From a virus (lineage: Duplodnaviria > Caudoviricetes), in the IMG/VR virus record IMGVR_UViG_3300049846_001081: a DNA stretch of 64,000 nucleotides; one strand, given 5' to 3'. Made by a program: the position numbers and the translations under genes. A model generated the notes under the pieces. It saw nothing but the letters and a program-made list of their open reading frames with translations. It made no database searches and was not told the DNA's origin. Numbering within the stretch: the stretch's first letter is position 1; each line of letters starts with the position of its first letter. Shown piece after piece: positions 19,933 to 28,811 of the stretch.

Positions 19933-20528
19933 ATACTTATCTTGATGCATGTGTAGAAAATCCAAGAACATTAGACCTTGGAAATGATATGTATGCCATT
20001 GAATTCTGGAAACCAGAATTTTGTAAAGAGTTAATCAACATTGCAGAAAATATTGAAGGAGGGTTTCAGAGTCAACCAGGAGACCCTGTATACGGTCAGG
20101 AGATACGTATCAGTAGGATTAGTGATTTATTCTATTTAAATTACTGTGAGCACTGGAAACGTGTTGTATCGCCGTTTCTTGATGAGAAGATTGGCATGTC
20201 TAGTGAACAGTGGTTTGTTGGGTGGAAAGTTCCTTTTATTATCAAATACACAATGGATGGTCAGAGAGGTCTTCGTCCTCATGCTGATGATAGTTTATAT
20301 ACGGGCACAATTAAACTAAATGATGAATACACTGGTGGTGAACTGATTTATCCACGTCAAAAGTTCAGTAATAAAGATGTCCCAGTTGGTACAATGATTC
20401 TTGCTCCATCAATGATTACTCATGTTCATTATAGTAGTGAACTTGAAAGTGGAACGAAGTATTCTTTTGTATCTTGGACGAAACTAAATAGGAAAGATAG
20501 CGGTATAAACTACTCAGAAGTACAATGA
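19929..20528 (+). CDS. 2OG-Fe(II) oxygenase, procollagen lysyl-hydroxylase (PLOD)-like
   Basis: FIIKYTMDGQRGLRPHADDSLYTGTIKLN..YTGG..P..ITHVH...SGTKYSFVSW parallels the PLOD catalytic domain pattern (FVVRY..Q.SLRPHHD.S..T.NIALN, P.RLTH.H). Confidence 0.75.
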   Translation: MNTYLDACVENPRTLDLGNDMYAIEFWKPEFCKELINIAENIEGGFQSQPGDPVYGQEIRISRISDLFYLNYCEHWKRVVSPFLDEKIGMSSEQWFVGWKVPFIIKYTMDGQRGLRPHADDSLYTGTIKLNDEYTGGELIYPRQKFSNKDVPVGTMILAPSMITHVHYSSELESGTKYSFVSWTKLNRKDSGINYSEVQ

Positions 20529-21679
20529 GTATAAGAAAGAACACCTGGAATTTAAGTGGACATTATGATTTAACCAATAGTGGGTTGAATAGTTATGTTG
20601 GTGAAAATCAAATATTTTTTTGGGGAATCAATAATTATGGACATTTGGGAGTAAATGATAGAGTAGCACGTTCGTCACCAGTACAACTTCCGGGAACACA
20701 GTGGTCTTCATCAAGTTCTTCACTTTTACAATCTCTTGCAACTAAATCTGATGGAACTTTATGGTCTTTTGGTTTAGATCAGTTTGGTCAACAAGGACAA
20801 AATACTCAGGGAATTAGTAGGTCATCACCAACTCAAATTCCCGGAACACAATGGAGCACTGGTAGAAATAAAATATCTGCAGGAAATCATCCAAATGGTG
20901 CAATCAAAACAGATGGAACACTATGGATGTGGGGATATAATGACGGAGGAGATCTTGGTCAAAATAGTGTAGTTAGATATTCATCACCAGTTCAAGTTCC
21001 TGGAACACAATGGAATTCAATTTCTTTAGCTAAACCAACTACAGGTGGAGCAGTCATAGCAACAAAAACTGACGGAACTCTGTGGGGATGGGGAGGAAAT
21101 TATAACGGTGGACTGGGACAAAATGAAGGAACTGCAAACTATTCATCACCAAGACAAATTCCAGGAACACAATGGAGTTTAGCACTATCAACATATAATG
21201 GTTTTAGAGCTACTAAAACTGATGGAACTTTATGGGTCTGTGGTAGTAATACATTAGGACAATTAGGACAAAATAATCTAGTAACATATTCATCACCAAT
21301 TCAAGTTCCAGGAACGCAATGGGATTTAACAACTTCATCTGTTGATAAAGAAATGAATATATTGCGTAAAACTGATGGAACATTATGGACATTTGGGGAA
21401 AATGCATATGGTGGATTAGGTTTAAATAGTACTATCTTGCGTTCTTCACCAACACAAATACCAGGAACACAATGGGCAATAGCATCTACACATGTTTATG
21501 GTGGTACAGCAGTTAAAACTGATAACACTTTATGGTTATGGGGTTACGCATATCATGGAAATTTGGGACAAAACAATGTAATATATCGTTCATCACCAGT
21601 TCAAATTCCTGGAACACAATGGGGTTATAAATTACCTGATGCTTGCGGATTCTCTCCATCTGCCTTCATATTGCAATAA
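20525..21679 (+). CDS. RCC1/BLIP-II-like 7-bladed beta-propeller protein
   Basis: Seven PGTQW repeats; ATGA overlap with the upstream oxygenase. Confidence 0.85.
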   Translation: MSIRKNTWNLSGHYDLTNSGLNSYVGENQIFFWGINNYGHLGVNDRVARSSPVQLPGTQWSSSSSSLLQSLATKSDGTLWSFGLDQFGQQGQNTQGISRSSPTQIPGTQWSTGRNKISAGNHPNGAIKTDGTLWMWGYNDGGDLGQNSVVRYSSPVQVPGTQWNSISLAKPTTGGAVIATKTDGTLWGWGGNYNGGLGQNEGTANYSSPRQIPGTQWSLALSTYNGFRATKTDGTLWVCGSNTLGQLGQNNLVTYSSPIQVPGTQWDLTTSSVDKEMNILRKTDGTLWTFGENAYGGLGLNSTILRSSPTQIPGTQWAIASTHVYGGTAVKTDNTLWLWGYAYHGNLGQNNVIYRSSPVQIPGTQWGYKLPDACGFSPSAFILQ

Positions 21680-21685
21680 TAAATA
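21679..21685 (+). promoter_or_regulatory. Late promoter
   Basis: ATAAATA upstream of the sulfotransferase gene. Confidence 0.6.
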
Positions 21686-21707
21686 ACAACAAACAGAATT
21701 TTACATC

Positions 21708-22541
21708 ATGCAACAACTTCATTACTGCCTGGGTCTGCCCAGGACTTGCTCTTCAGTGATTATGAACATCCTGAATGAGAATCCAAGATTTTTCACAACA
21801 GGTACATGTCCTTTACCATATCTCGTGAGTGCTTGCAGAGACATCTCCACACAAGTCAGCGAGTTCATTGCTCTAGATAAGGACGTACTCAATGATGCAT
21901 ACCTCAACTTCCTGCGACAAGGGTTTCGTGGGTGGTTTGAGAGTATGACAGATAAACCTGTTGTAGTTTCAAAGTCAAGAGTGTGGGCAGAATATCTGTC
22001 ACATACTTTTGCACTCAATCCAAATTCAAAGTATCTCTACATTGTAAGAGACCTTCGTGATATCATTTGTTCTTTTGAGAATCTTCTTCATAAGTATCCT
22101 AATATTACGATTGGTGATACTCAAATGCCTTTCCAACATAATACGTTTGAAAAGCGTATGGAGTTGTATTGTACTGATGGAATGGCAAATCTTGGAAGAC
22201 CTTTGCATATGCTTCCTCATGTAATGGAAGTTGCACAGAGACATCCAGAGAACTTCTTCTTCTTGAGGCATGAGGATTTCAATGAGAATCCAAGAGGAAC
22301 TTTCCAACTCATTTACCAGTGGTTAGGTGAAGAATACTTTGAGCATGATTTTGAGAATATTCCAAAACCTGATTACTATGAGCATGATACTGTTTATCGC
22401 TCAATGGTAACTCACAAAACAGGAACAAAACTAAAAAAACTTGAACCACGTTGGCCAAAGATGATGACTCCTGAGCAATCACACCTGGTCGTTCAAAATA
22501 ACCTTTCATTCTATCAACAGTTCTATCCTGAATTTGTATGA
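21708..22541 (+). CDS. Sulfotransferase family protein
   Basis: PAPS-binding loop GLPRTCSS, KSRVW, 3'-phosphate motif VRDLRDIICSF, LRHEDF..NP. Confidence 0.8.
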   Translation: MQQLHYCLGLPRTCSSVIMNILNENPRFFTTGTCPLPYLVSACRDISTQVSEFIALDKDVLNDAYLNFLRQGFRGWFESMTDKPVVVSKSRVWAEYLSHTFALNPNSKYLYIVRDLRDIICSFENLLHKYPNITIGDTQMPFQHNTFEKRMELYCTDGMANLGRPLHMLPHVMEVAQRHPENFFFLRHEDFNENPRGTFQLIYQWLGEEYFEHDFENIPKPDYYEHDTVYRSMVTHKTGTKLKKLEPRWPKMMTPEQSHLVVQNNLSFYQQFYPEFV

Positions 22542-23197
22542 ACTTTTTGAATTCATATGATACTAATGTAGAAAGTGCATATATCATTACTCTTCCCAAT
22601 AGCGAAACATCACAGAGACTTACACAGCAGTGTGTGGCGTCCTGTGAGGCAGTAGGACAATCCTATAAACTATGGGAAGGGTTTGATGGTAGTTCTGGTG
22701 AAATTCAAGTACCAAAACACCTAGAAGGACAAGCATTTATTAATTTCTTGCGTCTTCATAATCAATTGATGACGCCCACACAAATTGCTTGTTTTTATAG
22801 TCACTATTCTTTATGGTGCATGTGTGTTGATATTGACCGACCAATTGTAATTCTGGAACACGATGCAGTCATGGAAAGACCATATCTGTTTCATAAGTTT
22901 CATAGTAATGTTGTTTATCTTGGGTCAAGTGAACAAAAGTTTAAAGATTGGGAGATTATTTCTATACCACCTCATGCAACAGATCATAATGGTTTATATC
23001 GTTTCATCTGTCGTGCTCATGCATATGCGATTGACCCATTCGTAGCAAAGAACATGATTTCGTATGTAATTCAACAAGGTATCACAACAACCTTGGATGT
23101 AATTCTACGTGCTGATATTATTCCTATCGTTCAAGATGGACTTTATGCTTATGATAACAATCATGGTCTTTCAACAATTCATAAGGAGTGGGTATGA
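22538..23197 (+). CDS. Glycosyltransferase family 25-like
   Basis: AYIITL, IACFYSHYSLW, IVILEHDA, RAHAYAI and LDV motifs. Confidence 0.8.
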   Translation: MNFLNSYDTNVESAYIITLPNSETSQRLTQQCVASCEAVGQSYKLWEGFDGSSGEIQVPKHLEGQAFINFLRLHNQLMTPTQIACFYSHYSLWCMCVDIDRPIVILEHDAVMERPYLFHKFHSNVVYLGSSEQKFKDWEIISIPPHATDHNGLYRFICRAHAYAIDPFVAKNMISYVIQQGITTTLDVILRADIIPIVQDGLYAYDNNHGLSTIHKEWV

Positions 23198-23724
23198 ATA
23201 CATTAGAAATTCAAAAGGTAAAGAAAGAACTTCCAGTCTTTACAACAATTCTTGATGACCACGTAGAGATGAATCGGTATCTTAAACAAGTTATTCTAGA
23301 ACACCGTCATCTGAATCCAGAAACAAATGAAAGTAATGTAAAAGCCTGGCATTCAAGTTGGGTTACGCATCAAGAAAATCCAAAGTTTCAACCTTTCATT
23401 GACCTTGTGTTAAGTGCTTGTTCTTTTGTATCAAAGGGATATTTTGAACAAGATATGAAGTTTAAATGTTTTAATATGTGGGCAATGCAATATGAGAAAG
23501 GTGAGTATGCGATAAGGCACTCACACTATCCAAGTGACTTTGCTTGTGCATATTATGTGGATGTAGAACCAGGATGTTCTCCAATTATTTTTGAAGGTGA
23601 ATTAAAGGTTTATCCACAAAACGGTATGTTAGTATTATTTCCTGCATTATTGCACCATGAAGTTCCACCGACTGATGCGCGAAGAATGGTTATTTCCATG
23701 AATATTGATAAAGAATATGTCTGA
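23194..23724 (+). CDS. 2OG-Fe(II) oxygenase (TIGR02466-like)
   Basis: WAMQY..GEYAIRHSH, AYYVDV, LFPALLHHEVP, RMVISMN; AAGGAG RBS precedes ATG 23194. Confidence 0.8.
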   Translation: MNTLEIQKVKKELPVFTTILDDHVEMNRYLKQVILEHRHLNPETNESNVKAWHSSWVTHQENPKFQPFIDLVLSACSFVSKGYFEQDMKFKCFNMWAMQYEKGEYAIRHSHYPSDFACAYYVDVEPGCSPIIFEGELKVYPQNGMLVLFPALLHHEVPPTDARRMVISMNIDKEYV

Positions 23725-24580
23725 TATTCATATCGTTACAAGAACATGCGACCGCAGTTCAATTCAAAGTAATCGCATTGTGAATAAAACAGAATGTACA
23801 CTTCGGTGCGTTTACTCTGTCTTAAAGAATATGCAGAACTTGGCGAATGTGCATTATCATATTATTGATGATATGTCCAGTGACTACTTAAGAAAAAGTA
23901 TGGTAGATCTGTGCTTATTATACAAACAGAGTGTAAGTTTTAATTTTCTTGGACCCAGGGAAACTGATGGACAAAATCCACATCAGGCTTCTAGGCATTC
24001 AGTAAAAGTCGCATATGATTACATCTACGCATTACCTGATGATGACTTTGTTTATATTGTAGATGATGACCATTTGCATCAAGACAATGCAATTTCTACA
24101 ATGATTTCTGCATGGGAATATCTTCAGCAAGTCACTCCAGAAGAAACTGATGTTGGTATCTTCCCTCAATGTTTTGTTCAGTTGTTTCCTTACCTAGGAA
24201 ATAACTATGCTCATACTTATGTTCGTCCATGCTACGTCATTCCAACACCGGTTGGTTTTTATCGCACAACATGGTATACTCATGAAACGTTCATGATAAA
24301 AGCCAAGATCTTTAAAAAATACAAAAACATTTTTGATACATTGGTTACGACAGGAAGTGACCCTGCAATTTGGGAAGGAAATACAATTTCTAAAGTATGG
24401 GAACGTGATGACTTCATGATGTTCATGCCTCTTCACCCTTCCGTTATGCACATGTCTGTCTCACAAGACAAACCCTTTTATTGGTCTAAAGAAGACGTAA
24501 TTCATCTTTGGGAAAATAACAAAACACCCTTTTCTTTACCCGAAAATTCATATCTTAATTTAAATGAGGTAATCCTATAA
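23717..24580 (+). CDS. GT-A (GT2-like) glycosyltransferase
   Basis: IIDDMS and VYIVDDDHLH motifs. Confidence 0.6.
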   Translation: MSDIHIVTRTCDRSSIQSNRIVNKTECTLRCVYSVLKNMQNLANVHYHIIDDMSSDYLRKSMVDLCLLYKQSVSFNFLGPRETDGQNPHQASRHSVKVAYDYIYALPDDDFVYIVDDDHLHQDNAISTMISAWEYLQQVTPEETDVGIFPQCFVQLFPYLGNNYAHTYVRPCYVIPTPVGFYRTTWYTHETFMIKAKIFKKYKNIFDTLVTTGSDPAIWEGNTISKVWERDDFMMFMPLHPSVMHMSVSQDKPFYWSKEDVIHLWENNKTPFSLPENSYLNLNEVIL

Positions 24581-25305
24581 TGATTGTAGAAAATCCAGTT
24601 ACGATTGCAAATGATGTTCCCATCATTGACCCATATGAAGGATTTGATTTCACACAATATCCTTTTGATGTAACAGCATTCTGGGATTATTTTGGTGGCA
24701 GAACACCAACAAACAATCCAGATGATAACTCTCCAGTTTTTGAGAAACTGATTAGTGAAGTTAAACCACAACTGATTTTAGAAGTAGGAAGTTATAAAGG
24801 TAAGAGTGCTATTCATATGGCAAATCTTACTAAGAAGTATCAAATTCTTGCAAAGGTTGTTTGTATTGATACGTTTCTTGGATCTGCAGAGCATTATTTC
24901 TGCAATGAGGACCTTAAACGTTTAAATGGATATCCAATGCTTTACTATCAGTTTCTTGCAAATGTGATGCACACAAACAATCAAGATGTGATTGTTCCTA
25001 TTCCTTTGGATAGTTTAAGTGAGTATCGTATTCTAAAAGAAAATGGTACAAAAGCAGATATGATTTTTATTGATGCTGGGCACTTCTATGAAAGTGTTGC
25101 ACTTGATATCAAACTTTACTGGGAATTGCTGAAACCAGGTGGTGTAATGCTTGGTGATGATTATTGTGAAAAGACTTGGCCAGATGTAATTCGTGCAGTT
25201 CATGAATTCTTTCCACATGATCAAGTATTCACTGAAGATAATAAGTGGTGGGTTTATAAAAAAGTAGAACCTGTTAATGTTCCAAATAAATCTTGGAGTT
25301 GGTGA
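24580..25305 (+). CDS. Class I SAM-dependent methyltransferase (Methyltransf_24-like)
   Basis: LEVGSYKGKS, IDTFLGS, DMIFIDAGHFYE, LLKPGGVMLGDDY. Confidence 0.9.
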   Translation: MIVENPVTIANDVPIIDPYEGFDFTQYPFDVTAFWDYFGGRTPTNNPDDNSPVFEKLISEVKPQLILEVGSYKGKSAIHMANLTKKYQILAKVVCIDTFLGSAEHYFCNEDLKRLNGYPMLYYQFLANVMHTNNQDVIVPIPLDSLSEYRILKENGTKADMIFIDAGHFYESVALDIKLYWELLKPGGVMLGDDYCEKTWPDVIRAVHEFFPHDQVFTEDNKWWVYKKVEPVNVPNKSWSW

Positions 25306-25901
25306 TGTTTAATCATATTCATTTAAAAAATCCTGGTGTAACCACAAGTGTTCTTCCACCACAAATCTTTCATGAAGTTATGAAAGAGATAAAAGAAATT
25401 GAGCATAATGATCATGGTTATCTCAAGATGAATAATCAACTTGCGGGTCAAATTTCAAGAGAATATCAATTACAAAAATCTCAGGAATTTATTAATCCAT
25501 TTTTAAAACAAATGGCTACAGAATATGCAAACCATTTTGATTATTATCCGAATCATTATTTTGATGTAGAAAGTCTATGGGTAAACTTTCAAAGAAAGAC
25601 TGAATATAATCCTATTCATAATCATGATGGGTTACTGAGTTTTGTATGTTGGATGCAAATTCCTTATCATCTTCAAGATGAGTATAGTGTTCAACACAGT
25701 CAGAACTCCAACATGAAAGCAGCATCCACATTTCAATTTGTTTATTCCAGTATTCTTGGAAATATTATCAATGAAAAACTTGAAGTAGATCAAGATTGGG
25801 TAGGAAGAATTGTAATGTTCCCCAGTAAACTTCTTCATACTGTTTATCCATTTTTTACAAGTGATGAGTATCGCATTTCAGTAGCAGGAAATATTTCATG
25901 A
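25305..25901 (+). CDS. 2OG-Fe(II) oxygenase
   Basis: WVNFQRKTEYNPIHNHDGLLSFVCWMQIP, MFPSKLLHTVYPF, RISVAGN. Confidence 0.8.
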   Translation: MFNHIHLKNPGVTTSVLPPQIFHEVMKEIKEIEHNDHGYLKMNNQLAGQISREYQLQKSQEFINPFLKQMATEYANHFDYYPNHYFDVESLWVNFQRKTEYNPIHNHDGLLSFVCWMQIPYHLQDEYSVQHSQNSNMKAASTFQFVYSSILGNIINEKLEVDQDWVGRIVMFPSKLLHTVYPFFTSDEYRISVAGNIS

Positions 25902-26524
25902 AAAAGATTATTCACATTGTAAACATTGGGGATTTCTTTCCAGAACTTTTTGCAATGACTTTTCCTACCGTGCAAGCATATGCACAAAGGAATGGATATG
26001 TGATTAATCTAATTACAGAAAGAAAGTTTCCCGATTTTCATATCAACTATGAAAAGATGCAAGTATGGGAAGATGGTAAAGACGCTGATGTAAATCTTCT
26101 GGTGGATGCTGATGTATTGATTCACCCTGGATTTCCTGATGTAGTTAACATTGTTCCTCCACATCATATTGGATTTAATGATAACTATCATGCGAGTACA
26201 AAGTTTCATACTAATCATTATTTTCTTCGTGATGGTCGTGATGTAGGCATTGCATCAAACTTTGTGGTATCTTATCGGTCTACGCATGACCTATGGAAAC
26301 CACTGACGATTACACCAGCACAAGGACGACGCATTACATTTGTGCGTGAAGGAGATATTGATGAATATTGTATTTCTCAAAACATGGCAAAGTATGGGTT
26401 AAGATATACAGGTATTACTTGGGAACCTTGGCAACGTGAGTTTCTTATACATACAGGAACAGGTGATAGAGCACTTGCACTGAAAATGGCTAATGAAGCA
26501 TTGAACAAATGGAAAAATCTATAG
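25898..26524 (+). CDS. Putative GT-A-like glycosyltransferase
   Basis: YAQRNGY followed by LLVDADVLI DxD motif; genomic context. Confidence 0.5.
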   Translation: MKKIIHIVNIGDFFPELFAMTFPTVQAYAQRNGYVINLITERKFPDFHINYEKMQVWEDGKDADVNLLVDADVLIHPGFPDVVNIVPPHHIGFNDNYHASTKFHTNHYFLRDGRDVGIASNFVVSYRSTHDLWKPLTITPAQGRRITFVREGDIDEYCISQNMAKYGLRYTGITWEPWQREFLIHTGTGDRALALKMANEALNKWKNL

Positions 26525-27609
26525 ATATTGGCTTTTTTGCTACATTAGCAAAAAGAATCGCTGTTAAAAATTATTCAAGACAATCTGTAGAAGCAGGAAT
26601 AGAAGTTCTTGAATTTGCACGACAGTTGTTTCCTTCACCAGAAGATCAAAAAAGATTTAATTGGGAAGTCGCACATCTACAAACACAAAACGCTGACTTT
26701 AAGGAACTGCAAAGAATTTTTCATGCGGAAAGAATGAATTCATCTCCGTGGGGATCTTACTGTATTCAGTATAAAAAACCAATTTGGGATGGAATTCCTG
26801 AGCAAGGAAAAACAATTCTAATGGTCGGTGAAGGTGGTTTTGGTGATGAGATTACAGCATCAAAGTTTTCTTATAATTTTAAGCAAAAAGGAATGAAAGT
26901 AATTTTTGCAACAAATTATAAGTCACTGAAGTCATCTTTAGAAAGAATTCCAACCATTGATAATGTTATAATGGTTGATGAAATTCAAAACTTTGACGAT
27001 TATGATTATTGGATTCCTTCCGTAGAATCACCATTAGCATTGAATATAGATCAAGAAGATGTACCAACTCACCAGTATCTTTTTGCGCCAGAACAATATC
27101 TAACAAAGTGGAAGTATATCATACCAGAAAGTAATAAACTTAGAGTGGGAATACGTTGGTCTGGAAATAAAGATTATGGAAATCCAGCAAATATTGCAGT
27201 TCCATATGAATATTTTAATGAATTAACTTCAATTCCAAATGTTGAAATATATTCTCTACAAAGAGATGATGGAGTTGAAGACATTCCAACAACATCAAAA
27301 ATTATTCCATTGCATAATCAGTTGGAAACATGGGAAGATACTTTCGCTGCGGTTTCTCAATTGGACTTGGTGATATCTGGTTCCACATGCATACCAATCA
27401 TTTCCGCAGGTCTAAATAAAGAAACTTGGGCAGTTCTTCATCTGTGGAGATTTACTCAATGGATGGGAACGGAAACGAAACCTTTCTTATTTGGTGATAA
27501 TGTTACATGTTATAGGCAAAGTAAAGTTGATAGTTGGAATGAACCTTTTGAAAGATTGAGAGAAGACTTATATGCAAAAGCAACACAGAAAAAACTTGAT
27601 CGTAGTTGA
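26509..27609 (+). CDS. GT-B (GT9-like) glycosyltransferase, paralog of 16692-17984
   Basis: EGGFGDEI, VGIRWSGN, YSLQ, QLDLVIS motifs. Confidence 0.7.
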   Translation: MEKSIDIGFFATLAKRIAVKNYSRQSVEAGIEVLEFARQLFPSPEDQKRFNWEVAHLQTQNADFKELQRIFHAERMNSSPWGSYCIQYKKPIWDGIPEQGKTILMVGEGGFGDEITASKFSYNFKQKGMKVIFATNYKSLKSSLERIPTIDNVIMVDEIQNFDDYDYWIPSVESPLALNIDQEDVPTHQYLFAPEQYLTKWKYIIPESNKLRVGIRWSGNKDYGNPANIAVPYEYFNELTSIPNVEIYSLQRDDGVEDIPTTSKIIPLHNQLETWEDTFAAVSQLDLVISGSTCIPIISAGLNKETWAVLHLWRFTQWMGTETKPFLFGDNVTCYRQSKVDSWNEPFERLREDLYAKATQKKLDRS

Positions 27610-28189
27610 TAACTTTTACGGATATCCAGATCAAGTAAGAGATTATGCATTAAGTGTTGAATATGAACCTGGTGGAAAAAGAAATTGGCCAGGGCGTGAT
27701 AGTATTGATGAACATGGAAAGGAAGAACTGACTGAGATGATCAGTCAAGTTGTAGGACAAAAACTTACAACAAAGTCTTGCAATAAGTGTTCTTATTTTA
27801 GAAGAACCAAAGTTGGTGAGTACGGGACACAGGATATTCACTTTGACCCAAATCCAGGATTAGTCTGGGCAGGTATCATTTACTTAACACCAACATTTCA
27901 TCCAACTGGCGGAACAAAGTTTTGGAAGCATCGTGAATTTGGATGGGAATTTGCACCAAATCAAGAACAGGCTGCGAAGTGTGGTATACATTCCCATCAA
28001 GATATGGTAAACTTCTTTAATACCGATGGAAAAGATCGTGATAAGTGGATAGAAACAGATAATATTTCTTTTAAGTATAATCGTTTAGTAATGTTCAACC
28101 CATTCATGTTTCATTCAAATGGTGAGTGGTTTGGAACTGATGACCAATCAGCAAGATTAGTTCAACTTCTATTTTTCCATGCAACATAA
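27572..28189 (+). CDS. 2OG-Fe(II) oxygenase (DUF6445-like)
   Basis: VVDNFYGYPDQVR, WPGRDS, IHFD, AGIIYLTP..GGTKFW, YNRLVMF..FHS, RLVQLLF. Confidence 0.75.
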   Translation: MQKQHRKNLIVVDNFYGYPDQVRDYALSVEYEPGGKRNWPGRDSIDEHGKEELTEMISQVVGQKLTTKSCNKCSYFRRTKVGEYGTQDIHFDPNPGLVWAGIIYLTPTFHPTGGTKFWKHREFGWEFAPNQEQAAKCGIHSHQDMVNFFNTDGKDRDKWIETDNISFKYNRLVMFNPFMFHSNGEWFGTDDQSARLVQLLFFHAT

Positions 28190-28811
28190 ATTAGCAATCT
28201 TTTATCATCTCTATCAGACAGACACCGCACAATTCATTTACCAACAACAGATGCATCGGTTGTATACATCTGGTTTGGTTGATGCCGTTGAATTTATTCA
28301 TATTGGTATTAGTGGAGAACATGAGTTGTTCTCTAAACCAAGAAATGCGATCGTTCAACACAATGAATTCACCGGTGATGAAGGTGGAACGATGGTTTCT
28401 ATGATGGAATTCATCATGAAAAACCCCGATTATAAAGTATTATTCTTTCATGGAAAGGGTGCAAGTAAGAATGATATGTATCATCCACAACTTCAAGCAT
28501 GGCGTTTGTTTATGGAATACTATGTAATTGATAAGTGGAAGCAATGTTTATTCCATCTGGATGAATACAATTGTGTTGGTGTAAAAGTTAGACAAGAACC
28601 ACTTCCACACTTCAGTGGTAATTTCTGGTGGGCAAATTCAGATTATCTACAAACACTTAATCATGACTTTTTGTTTACTCGTGGATTTGAAAGAAAAGTA
28701 GACCGCGAATTGTGGATTGGAACTGGTGATTTCAAACCAAAGGATTTGCATCCCATTGATATCAATCTAAGTATGCACGAAACAATCTATACAGAAGACA
28801 ATTATCTATGA
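28179..28811 (+). CDS. Hypothetical protein, possibly glycan-related enzyme
   Basis: VLFFHGKG and HFSGNFWWANSDY motifs; function inferred only from context. Confidence 0.45.
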   Translation: MQHKLAIFYHLYQTDTAQFIYQQQMHRLYTSGLVDAVEFIHIGISGEHELFSKPRNAIVQHNEFTGDEGGTMVSMMEFIMKNPDYKVLFFHGKGASKNDMYHPQLQAWRLFMEYYVIDKWKQCLFHLDEYNCVGVKVRQEPLPHFSGNFWWANSDYLQTLNHDFLFTRGFERKVDRELWIGTGDFKPKDLHPIDINLSMHETIYTEDNYL

